A DNA stretch of 64,000 nucleotides, taken from contig CAVUKA010000003.1 in assembly GCA_963741945.1 (NCBI GenBank), forward strand, positions 512,001-576,000, written 5' to 3'. Source of the stretch: an uncultured Gemmatimonadales bacterium (GTDB lineage Bacteria > Gemmatimonadota > Gemmatimonadetes > Longimicrobiales > RSA9). Below are positions 1 to 7,903 of the stretch, one piece after another. The notes beneath the pieces are model-generated. The model was not told the origin of the DNA, did not search any database, and worked only from the letters and a program-made list of their open reading frames with translations. Each line of letters begins with the position of its first letter. Positions within the stretch are counted from its first letter, which is position 1. The translations under genes were made by a program, and so were the position numbers.

Positions 1-1947
1 GGGGAGGTCGTAGAGCGCCATCTCCCGGCCCGTGCGCGCGCGGATGGCGTCGAATGCCTTGTGGACCACGGACAGGCCGCCGAGCCCCAGGAAGTCGAAC
101 TTCGGCACGCCCGCGGCGTCCAGGTCATCCTTGTCGAACTGGAGGATGGTGCGCCCCATCGTCGTCTCCTCGATGGGGAGGAACTCGCCCAGCGGGTCAC
201 TGGACAGGACGAAGCCGCCCGGGTGCGTCGAGCGGAGCCGGGGGACGTCGTCCAGGGAGCGGAGCGCCGAGAGCAGCGCCCGCCCCTTCGGCGACGAAGT
301 GTCCACCCCATGCTGCGCGGCCAGCCCCGCCTCCAGCGCCTCGGCCGCTTCGGACGGCTCCCGGCCGTGCAGCCGCTTGCTCAGCTCGAACGCCGTCTCC
401 GCCGGCCAGCCCAGCGCGCGCATGCAGTCCTGAATGGCCGTGGGCGCGTGGAAGACCTGCGTCACGGCCGTGATGGCGGCGTGCTGCCGGCCGTAGCGCG
501 TGTACATGTAGTCCAGGACTTCCTCGCGACGGTGCATCTCGAAGTCCACGTCGATGTCCGGCGCCTCCGTGAGGCCGTCGATGCGGACCTCGGAGAGGAA
601 GCGCTCGAAGAGCAGGCCGTGACGCACGGGGTCCACTGCCGTGATCTCCAGGCAGAACGCCACCGCGGAGTTGGCCGCGCTCCCCCGCCCCTGACACAGG
701 ATCCCGCGCTCACGGGCTTCCCGCACCGCGTCCCACATGACCAGGAAGAAGCCCGAGAATCCCAGCCGGTCGATCACGCCCAGCTCGTGCTCCAGCTGCG
801 CTCGCTGGCGCGCGTCCAGCACGCCCCACCGCTTCGTCGCGCCCCGGTACGTCAGCTCCCGCAGCCAGGAGCCGTCCGTCTGGCCCCGCGGGACCGGGAA
901 CTTCGGCAGCGGCGGACGCACCCACTTCAGGTCGAACGCGCACGCCTCCGCGATGGCCGCCGACGCCTCCAGGCCGGCCTCGCGCCCCTTCCACAGCCGC
1001 GCCATCTCCGCCGGACTCTTCAGCCGCCACTCCCCGTTCGGGTGCAGCACTCCCCAGCTCGCCGCCGTGTCGATGTCCAGGTCGGCCCGGAGCGCGGTCA
1101 GGAGGTCGTGGACCAGGCGGCTGCCGCCGTCCGCGTAGCGCGGATCGTTCGTCGCCACCCACGGCACCCCCTGCCGCTGCGCCAGCTCGATGAGCGCCCC
1201 CGCCAGCGCCCCCTCCTCCCCCGACACGTGGTGCAGCCCCACTTCCACCGCCAGGCGCCCCGGGAACAGCTCCCGCAGCCGCGACAGCAGGAACATCGCC
1301 TCCTCCGGCCGACCCTGCCGAAGCATGCTCGCCAGCTCCCCCTCCGCCGGACCCGTCAGCAGGTACAGCCCCCCGGTGCGACCCTCCAGCTCCGAGAGCG
1401 TCAGGAGCGGCTGGCCGCGCGCGGGGATCGATGCCGACGTCCCCGGGCGCGCCCGGGCGCCGTCCATCCCGGTCCCGGGCGAAACGCCCGGGGAGGCGCT
1501 CCGTGCGGCGCCCGGGGAGGCCGGCTCGGGCCGCCGCCGCGAGGTCACCGCCGTCGCCCGCGTGCGCACCCGGCCGTCCCGATCCAGATGCAGTCCGGAG
1601 CCCCCGTAGGCATCGACCCGCTCCGCCTTCTCCGCGAGCCACGCCCCCCAGTTCCCCATGCGGCTCCGCGTCACCAGCCCCGCCAGGTTGCGAAAGCCCC
1701 TGCGGTCGCACGCCAGCACTGCCAACGGGTGGCCGTCCACCACCAGCTCCGCCCCCACTACCGGCCGGATCCCCGCACCCTTCGCCTCCAGCGCGAAGCG
1801 GATCGCACCACCCAGGTCCGACCGGTCGGTCAGACCCAACGACGCATACCCCTGGGCCGCCGCCGCGCGGACCAGCGCCTCGGGTGTGAGCGCGCCATCG
1901 CCGAACGAGAAGGCGGAGTGGGCGCGGAGCTCGGTGAATGCGGTCAT
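1..1947 (-). CDS. dnaE2: Error-prone DNA polymerase III alpha subunit (DnaE2/ImuC); partial, runs off the left edge
   Basis: Not in the ORF track because there is no stop in the window. Manual translation from ATG 1947 gives MTAFTELRAHSAFSFGDGALTPEALVRAAAAQGYASLGLTD (PHP domain) and later GRGSAANSAVAFCLEITAVDP...LLFERFLS...PDIDVDFE (DnaE catalytic motifs). SAANS variant and proximity to imuAB support DnaE2. Confidence 0.93.
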   Translation of the reverse strand, partial: MTAFTELRAHSAFSFGDGALTPEALVRAAAAQGYASLGLTDRSDLGGAIRFALEAKGAGIRPVVGAELVVDGHPLAVLACDRRGFRNLAGLVTRSRMGNWGAWLAEKAERVDAYGGSGLHLDRDGRVRTRATAVTSRRRPEPASPGAARSASPGVSPGTGMDGARARPGTSASIPARGQPLLTLSELEGRTGGLYLLTGPAEGELASMLRQGRPEEAMFLLSRLRELFPGRLAVEVGLHHVSGEEGALAGALIELAQRQGVPWVATNDPRYADGGSRLVHDLLTALRADLDIDTAASWGVLHPNGEWRLKSPAEMARLWKGREAGLEASAAIAEACAFDLKWVRPPLPKFPVPRGQTDGSWLRELTYRGATKRWGVLDARQRAQLEHELGVIDRLGFSGFFLVMWDAVREARERGILCQGRGSAANSAVAFCLEITAVDPVRHGLLFERFLSEVRIDGLTEAPDIDVDFEMHRREEVLDYMYTRYGRQHAAITAVTQVFHAPTAIQDCMRALGWPAETAFELSKRLHGREPSEAAEALEAGLAAQHGVDTSSPKGRALLSALRSLDDVPRLRSTHPGGFVLSSDPLGEFLPIEETTMGRTILQFDKDDLDAAGVPKFDFLGLGGLSVVHKAFDAIRARTGREMALYDLP

Positions 1948-2009
1948 GCTGTAGTCCGGGGTCTGTGGGGACGCGAAGGCCGCCGGGGGAGCGGCGGCCT
2001 GGCGTCGAG

Positions 2010-2065
2010 CCGAAGATTTACCGAAAGAAAGATGGCATCGACGAAGACCGAACACAACCCGAAAG
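2010..2065 (-). promoter_or_regulatory. Two candidate SOS-type operators (CCGAA-N6-CCGAAAG) flanking a putative dnaE2 promoter
   Basis: CCGAAgatttaCCGAAAG at 2010-2027 and CCGAAcacaacCCGAAAG at 2048-2065. The minus strand reads TTGTGT-N17-CATCTT across this span. Confidence 0.6.
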
Positions 2066-2241
2066 GAAGAAGCCCCGTGGCCGGAAAGGGCGAGTGGGGC
2101 GGACCGTCGCGGCCGGTCTTTTCATCCCGGCAGAGCCCCCCTATTCTGTGGGGTCCAGCGCGCCTTCGGCCGTCGGCGCCGAAGCCCATCGTGTTGCCCG
2201 GCGGCGAGCCGGCAGGTGATTCATCCATCCCGGAGATCCTG

Positions 2242-3348
2242 ATGATGCAGCAGTGCAGTCGAGTCGTTTCTCACCGATCCGCCGCCGCCCGTTTCGGCCT
2301 TCTCGTGATCGCGGCGCTGCTCGCGGTTCCCGCTGCGGTCGTGGCCCAGGGCATCACGTACAGGGAAGTGAGCCAGGCCAGGCTGCCCGGCACGGCCGGG
2401 AAGGTGATCGGCGCGCTGAGCGGCGGGATGAAGTCGGAGCAGACGGTGAGCATCGCGGATGGAACGATGCGCACGGACAGTGAGGGGTCCTCAACGATCC
2501 TGGACACGCGGGCGCGCCGCTGGATCTTCCTGGACCACGAGAAGAAGCAGTACTACACGATGTCGATGGACGACCTGGCGAAGTCGATGGAGCAGGTGAG
2601 CGGGCAGCTGAAGGAGGCGCAAGCGCAGCAGGAGGCGGAATCGGCGAATGGCGCCGGCACCGACTCGGCAGGGATCGAGTGGAGCTTCGACCTGAACGTG
2701 GACCGCACGGGCCAGACCCGTCCGGTGTCGGGCTACCCCGCGGACGAAGTGCTGATGACCCTGACCATCCAGGGCAAGGGAACGGACCAGGAGACCGGCG
2801 ACACGGCCAGCATGAACATGGTCCTCTTCAGCGATCTCTGGATGAGCACCGACGCCGTCCTCGCCGACGCCATGAAGCAGCTCGGCAAGGGGATGGGCGA
2901 GATGGCCCGATCCGGTGAGGCGTCCATGGCGAACGGAATGGAGGCCGCCTTCGGCCAGGATCCGCGGATCAGGGCCGGCATGGCGAAGGCCGCCGAGGAA
3001 GCCTCCAAGCTCGAAGGGATCCAGCTCAGGAGCACCACCTATGTCGTGCTCCTGCCTCCCGGCACCGATTTCGATCCCCAGCTCGCCCTCAACGGACCCG
3101 AGAAGAAGGAAGGCAACGCCGTCGCCGACGCCGCCAGGAACGCCGTCTCCAACAAGCTCGGCGGCCTGCTCGGGCGCAAGAAGAAGGAAGCGCCGAAGGA
3201 AGAAGAATCCGCCGCGCCGCAGCAGACCACGCTCATGACCACCACCACCGAAGTCACCAGCATCGACGTCGGGCCCGTGCCGGCCGACCGGTTCACCGTA
3301 CCGACCGGCTACGAGGAAGTGCAGCCGCCCACCGCTTCCGGGGGGTGA
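2242..3348 (+). CDS. Secreted hypothetical protein (DUF4412-like beta-rich)
   Basis: C-terminal part of the 61..3348 ORF. GGAG precedes ATG 2242. Signal peptide ...LLVIAALLAVPAAVVAQ; ends FTVPTGYEEV, as in DUF4412-type proteins. Confidence 0.7.
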   Translation: MMQQCSRVVSHRSAAARFGLLVIAALLAVPAAVVAQGITYREVSQARLPGTAGKVIGALSGGMKSEQTVSIADGTMRTDSEGSSTILDTRARRWIFLDHEKKQYYTMSMDDLAKSMEQVSGQLKEAQAQQEAESANGAGTDSAGIEWSFDLNVDRTGQTRPVSGYPADEVLMTLTIQGKGTDQETGDTASMNMVLFSDLWMSTDAVLADAMKQLGKGMGEMARSGEASMANGMEAAFGQDPRIRAGMAKAAEEASKLEGIQLRSTTYVVLLPPGTDFDPQLALNGPEKKEGNAVADAARNAVSNKLGGLLGRKKKEAPKEEESAAPQQTTLMTTTTEVTSIDVGPVPADRFTVPTGYEEVQPPTASGG

Positions 3349-3378
3349 GCGTCACCGGCACGAGTAGGCTGCCGGTCC

Positions 3379-4945
3379 TCAATCCCAGTACCCGTGGACG
3401 TACCAGGCGCCGTCCACGGCGTCGCGGTAGATCCAGAGCGGGACGCCCTCGTCGGTGATACAGCGGTAGTATTCGCGGGCGTACGGCGAGGGCTCCCACT
3501 GTCCGCCGGAGATACGGTCGGGCCCCGCCGCCACCACCAGCTCCCGCCAGCCACCCCGGTCCCGGACCCGCAGGGGGGCCTCGTGGTCGCGACGAGGGAC
3601 GGTCTCCACCCGGACCGGGCGGGGCGGGTCCAGGAGCTGGAGGACCATGTCGGCGCCGCCGGCCGCGCCGGTTGCCGGCAGCGTCGCCGAGCCGGGCGCT
3701 CCGCCGGAAGCGGACGGCTTCGGGGTCGCGGCCACCCGCTCCAGGCTCACGGGCGTCCAGTCGGCGCGGCGCTCCACGAGCGGGTGGGCTCCGGACACGG
3801 GGGCGAGGGGGAGCGCCTGCCGGTCGGCGAGCCGGGCTACGGCGGTCTCCACGGCGGACGCGGTGGCGAAGCCGCGGTCGAAGAGGTCGCCCTGCTGCAC
3901 GGCGGCCGCCTCGGCGGCGACCACTTCCAGGCGCATCCCCGCCACGGCGTCCGGGACCGTGAGGCTGTCGAGGAGGTCGCGCAGGAGTCGGAGCCAGTTC
4001 TCCCGGCTGGCGGTGGGACGCGCCGGCCGGAGCGTGCGCGCCCACTCGTCGCCATTGGCCAGCGGGAGCGTGAGGCGGAGCGCCCGCGCGTGTTCGCCCC
4101 GCGCCGCCAGTCCCTCGCACAGCGGACCCAGGAGCGCGTTGGCCGTGAACAGCAGCCGGGACGGGTCCGTCAGGACGTACTCGACGAAATCGATGGAGCC
4201 ATGGGGTCGCTCGGGCGGGACCGGGCGGAACAGGCGACGCCGGTCGTCGCCACGCGCCAGCCGCCAGAACGCCACCGCGCCCGCCCCGAAGCGCACCTCC
4301 ACCGCCTCCCGCTCCAGCGCCGCCAGCTCGCCCACGCGGCCGATACCCACACCGTCGAGGAGCGTGCGCAGGCGGTCGTCCGGGCCGAGCGCCCGCACCG
4401 GGAGATCCGCCATCCACGCCGCCTCCCCGCCCCGCTCCACCACCACGACGGCACCGGAAGCGCTGTCGGCATCCGCCCTCGACCCCACCCCCTTCCGCCA
4501 CCCCCACCCCGTCCGCTCCTTCACCAGGAACGGCGTCGCCCCGGCCCGGCCCGCGGCTTCACCACCGAAGCGCGCCGCCAGCTCCGCGGTCACCGGGATC
4601 GCGGCCACGCCCGCCCGGACCCCCGCGCCCGCCTCGCCCGTCTCGCCCGTCTCGCCCGTCTCGCCCGTCTCGCCCGTCTCGCCCGTCTCGCCCGTCTCGC
4701 CCCTCGCGCCCGTCTCGCACCAGCCGCGCCACCAGCGCCACCGCCAGCGCCCTGGCATCGAGCCCCCGGGCATCCGCCCATACCACCTCACGGTCCACCC
4801 GGACCCGCGGCGCCAGCTCCGCTACCAGCAGGCCGGCCGCCCGCGGGGAATCGAGCGCCAGGGAAGCGGGATCGGCGGCGTCGCCTTCAGCGGGTAGAGA
4901 CGCCCCGGCGATCGACCAGCCGGGGCTCCAGAGACAGACGTACAT
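3379..4945 (-). pseudogene. imuB: ImuB-like Y-family polymerase scaffold, frameshifted as sequenced
   Basis: N-terminus MYVCLWSP...ELAPRV...WADARGL is in ORF 4559..4945. The remainder (VRAGVAAIPVTAELAAR...LPVRAL...GIGRVGELAAL...QGDLF...AGPDRISGGQWE...REYY...WYVHGYWD) is in ORF 3379..4791. The 1567 nt span is 3n+1. Lies directly downstream of imuA. Confidence 0.8.
4633..4718. repeat. 9-bp tandem repeat (CTCGCCCGT)x7 plus degenerate units inside imuB
   Basis: Seven perfect units at 4633-4695, then a 7-nt unit (4696-4702) and an 11-nt unit (4703-4713). Confidence 0.95.
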
Positions 4946-5594
4946 CGTGATGCTTCACTCCCAACCGGAAACGGACCCGCCGATCCAGCCCCAACGACTC
5001 CAGCCTCGCCCGCACCGCCACGGACTCCAGCGCCACCGGCTCACCGAACGGACCCCGCCGCCAGCGGAACCCCGCCGGATCGAACGAGGACGACACCCTC
5101 AGGTGCGACACGGGCGCCCCCGCCGCCAGCGCCACGAACGCGCTCCCACCTTCCCTCGCCGCCCGACCCAGGCGCACACCCTCGCCGTCCCCCAGCACCT
5201 CCCCATCCCCCACCAGGACGACGAGGGCGAAGCCACCCGAGCGCAGCAGCTCCTCCGCCACCAGCGCCGCATCCGCCTCGCCCGGCCGGAAGAGCAGCGG
5301 GCCTCCATCCCAGTACGCCGCCGCCACCTCCCCCCGCCCGTCCACCCACGCCGCACGCTCCCCCGCCGCCACCCGCTCACGACTCGCCGCACGCAGCACC
5401 GCCGTGCTCCCGCCCCCCGGGCGCCAGAGCGTCACGCGCCCCCGTGGCAGCCCCCCCGCCGGCAGCGCCGCATCCAGCGCGGCCACGCTCGTGGGCAGCG
5501 CGCCCGCCAGCCCCGTGCGCACCGGCTGGGCGTCGGGAAAGCGACGCTCCAGCTCCCTGCGGAGCTCCAGGACCCGAGCGGGCAATGCGGCCAC
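4887..5594 (-). CDS. imuA: ImuA-like RecA-fold protein
   Basis: GTG 5594 with GGAGGGG RBS. LPTSVAALDAALPAGGLPRGRVT, degenerate P-loop, AAWVD and AEELLRSGGFALVVL are typical of ImuA. Overlaps the imuB start. Confidence 0.85.
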   Translation of the reverse strand: MAALPARVLELRRELERRFPDAQPVRTGLAGALPTSVAALDAALPAGGLPRGRVTLWRPGGGSTAVLRAASRERVAAGERAAWVDGRGEVAAAYWDGGPLLFRPGEADAALVAEELLRSGGFALVVLVGDGEVLGDGEGVRLGRAAREGGSAFVALAAGAPVSHLRVSSSFDPAGFRWRRGPFGEPVALESVAVRARLESLGLDRRVRFRLGVKHHDVRLSLEPRLVDRRGVSTR

Positions 5595-5642
5595 GTGCGT
5601 TTCCCCTCCATTCAAGGATGCGATGCGAAGCCAGGGGCCCGT

Positions 5643-5672
5643 AGTGTAATACCGAAGGAAAACCGAAAGCAA
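5643..5672 (-). promoter_or_regulatory. Putative sigma70 promoter of imuA with the candidate operator in its spacer
   Basis: Minus strand TTGCTT (5672-5667)-N18-TACACT (5648-5643). CCGAAggaaaaCCGAAAG at 5652-5669. Confidence 0.65.
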
Positions 5673-5941
5673 GGGTCGAAGAGGAACCGTGACACGAAGG
5701 GGCTCGAAGGGTCGAAGGATCGAAGGGGGCAGCGCGGAGCCCCGGGTCGGAACCGAGGGTCGCGGGCATGGAAGCGATCCGGATTTCCGACTCCCGGTGA
5801 GCTTCGGGTCACCGGGCAAACCAAGCTCCGGAGCATGCCCTGACCGGAACGGTCGGCTTCCCCGCGAACCTCGGATCGCTTTCCGGGCCTTCGAGCCCTT
5901 CGACCCTTCGACCCTTCGTGTCAAGACTTTCTTCGACCCTT
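5671..5941. repeat. ~270 bp palindromic (MITE/REP-like) element with nested stems
   Basis: Arms 5671-5730 and 5888-5941 are imperfect reverse complements (AAGGGTCGAAGA..GACACGAAGGG..TCGAAGG). Inner stem 5753-5766/5861-5874 matches 13/14. Hairpin 5793-5816 contains a cTTCGg loop. Confidence 0.75.
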
Positions 5942-5994
5942 CCCGCCCCCCTTCGACGCTTCCACTGGCAGGCCGGTTGCGGTGCCGGGCCACC

Positions 5995-6729
5995 ATGAAG
6001 CTCACGTTCCTGGGGACCCGTGGAGAGATCGAGGCGAGGACTCGCCTGCACCGGATGCACACGTCGCTGCTGGTGTCGTACCGCGGGGGTCGCGTGATGA
6101 TCGACGCGGGCGCGGACTGGCTGGAAGCCGTGCACGAGCTGCGGCCGCGTCCGCACGCTGTGGTGATCACGCACGCGCACCCGGACCACGCCTGGGGCCT
6201 GGAGCACGGCTCGCCCGCGCCGGTGTGGGCGACGGCGGCGGCGTGGGAAGGGATGGCGGAGTACGCGATCCCGGAAGCGGATCGGCGGGTCGTCGTCGCC
6301 CGGGAGCCGTTCGAAGTGCGGGGAATCCGCTTCGAGGCGTTTCCGGTGGAGCATTCCATCCGGGCGCCCGCGGTGGGCTACCGGATCACGGCGGGGCGGG
6401 TGATGGTGTGGTACGCGCCGGACCTGGTCTACATCGAGGAGCGCGCGGAAGCACTGGGCGGCTGTCGCCTCTACATCGGCGACGGCGCCACCATGACGCA
6501 GTCGTTCGTGCGTCGCCGGGGGAAGACGCTGGTGGGCCACACGCCGGTGCGGACGCAGCTGACGTGGTGCGCGAAGGAAGGGGTGCCACGGGCAGTGATC
6601 ACGCACTGCGGCAAGCAGATCGTGGAAGGCGACGAGCGAGTTCTGGGCGCGGAGCTCCGCGCCATGGCGGAGGAGCGGGGCGTGGAGGCGGAGTTCGCGC
6701 GGGACGGGCAGGAGATCGTGTTGCGATGA
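5995..6729 (+). CDS. MBL-fold metallo-hydrolase
   Basis: MKLTFLGTRG start, IDAG, THAHPDH metal motif, VEHS, ITHCG. Confidence 0.88.
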   Translation: MKLTFLGTRGEIEARTRLHRMHTSLLVSYRGGRVMIDAGADWLEAVHELRPRPHAVVITHAHPDHAWGLEHGSPAPVWATAAAWEGMAEYAIPEADRRVVVAREPFEVRGIRFEAFPVEHSIRAPAVGYRITAGRVMVWYAPDLVYIEERAEALGGCRLYIGDGATMTQSFVRRRGKTLVGHTPVRTQLTWCAKEGVPRAVITHCGKQIVEGDERVLGAELRAMAEERGVEAEFARDGQEIVLR

Positions 6730-6787
6730 CGGAGGCGCGAAGACCTTCCTCTTCTCCATTTCTCTCCTGTCCGTTCGCGCCTTCGCG
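6730..6787. repeat. Short inverted repeat after the MBL gene
   Basis: CGGAGGCGCGAA ... TTCGCGCCTTCG around a pyrimidine-rich loop. Confidence 0.45.
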
Positions 6788-6865
6788 TAATGGGGTTGCC
6801 GGGGGGCGGCGGGGCGGCGCATCCTGCACGGGACAGCGGGGTGCGCAGGGGCGGTCGAACGGGGG

Positions 6866-7816
6866 ATGGAAGCCATGGACCGGGTGACGGCGGCGGTGGT
6901 GCAGGCGGAGCAGCCGGGTACGCTGGCGGAAGGCGTGGAGCGGGCGGGGGTGCTGGTGGCGGAAGCGGCGAGGCAGGGTGCGACGCTCGTCGTCTTCCCG
7001 GAGACCTGGCTTCCGGGCTACCCGGCCTGGATCGACTACACCCGGGATGCCGGGGTGTGGGACCACGCGCCGGTGAAGGCGGTGTACGCGCGGCTGGTGG
7101 ACGAGAGCGTGGTGGTGGAGGGAAAGGCGGGGGCGGCGCTGTCAGCGCTGGCGAAGAACGCGGGCGTGACACTGGTCATGGGGGCGAGTGAGCGGGTGGC
7201 CTCCGGCCCTGGCCGGGCGACGCTCTACAACGCGCTCCTGGTGTACGGCCCCGACGGCTCGCTGCTGAATCATCACCGGAAGCTCACGCCCACGTACACG
7301 GAGCGCCTGGTCTGGGGCCCCGGGGACGCAGCGGGGCTGAAGGCGGTGGACACACCGGCGGGCCGGCTGGGCGGACTGATCTGCTGGGAGCATTGGAACC
7401 CGCTGGCGCGGCAGGCGTTGCACGACAGTGGGGAGGACGTGCACGTGGCGGTGTGGTCGGCCGTGGTGGGCGTCAACGGGATGCACCAGGAGGCGAGCCG
7501 CTGCTACGCGTTCGAGGGGCGCTGCCACGTGGTGGCGGCGGGCCAGCTCATGCGTGCGGCCTCGCTGCCCGCCGAGCTGGAGCCGAGCCCGGAGAAGGTG
7601 TCGGGGCCGGACCAGTGGCTGCTCCGGGGCGGGAGCGCCATTATCGGACCGGATGGATCGTACCTGGCGGGGCCGCTGTACGACGAGCCGGGTATCCTGG
7701 TGGCGGAGCTGTCGTATCGTCGCAACCGCGAGGAGTCGATGACCCTGGACGTGAGCGGCCATTACCAGCGCCCCGACCTGTTCGAGTTCAGGGTGCGTGA
7801 ACACACGCGCCGGTGA
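6866..7816 (+). CDS. Nitrilase (carbon-nitrogen hydrolase family)
   Basis: Catalytic E-K-C motifs FPETWLPGYP, HRKLTPT, LICWEH; C-terminal DVSGHYQRPD. Confidence 0.93.
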   Translation: MEAMDRVTAAVVQAEQPGTLAEGVERAGVLVAEAARQGATLVVFPETWLPGYPAWIDYTRDAGVWDHAPVKAVYARLVDESVVVEGKAGAALSALAKNAGVTLVMGASERVASGPGRATLYNALLVYGPDGSLLNHHRKLTPTYTERLVWGPGDAAGLKAVDTPAGRLGGLICWEHWNPLARQALHDSGEDVHVAVWSAVVGVNGMHQEASRCYAFEGRCHVVAAGQLMRAASLPAELEPSPEKVSGPDQWLLRGGSAIIGPDGSYLAGPLYDEPGILVAELSYRRNREESMTLDVSGHYQRPDLFEFRVREHTRR

Positions 7817-7903
7817 CGCGGCGGTGCCGCGGGCGCCGGCGCGTGATCGGATCGCCCGCGGCGCGGGAGCGCGCGAACACCAATCACTGATGGAGGGGAT
7901 CGG

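Noticed and set aside
1420-1650. Intein in DnaE2 (and in CarB at 47000-47145)
   Set aside because: Too short and lacking the C/S start and HN-C/S/T end motifs.
2070-2240. GC-rich hairpins upstream of the secreted protein as a riboswitch
   Set aside because: No conserved TPP, cobalamin, SAM or glycine riboswitch core recognised. Such stems are expected at this GC content.
61-2241. N-terminal two-thirds of the 1095-aa + strand ORF
   Set aside because: Antisense shadow of dnaE2. Only 2242-3348 has an RBS, signal peptide and protein-like sequence.
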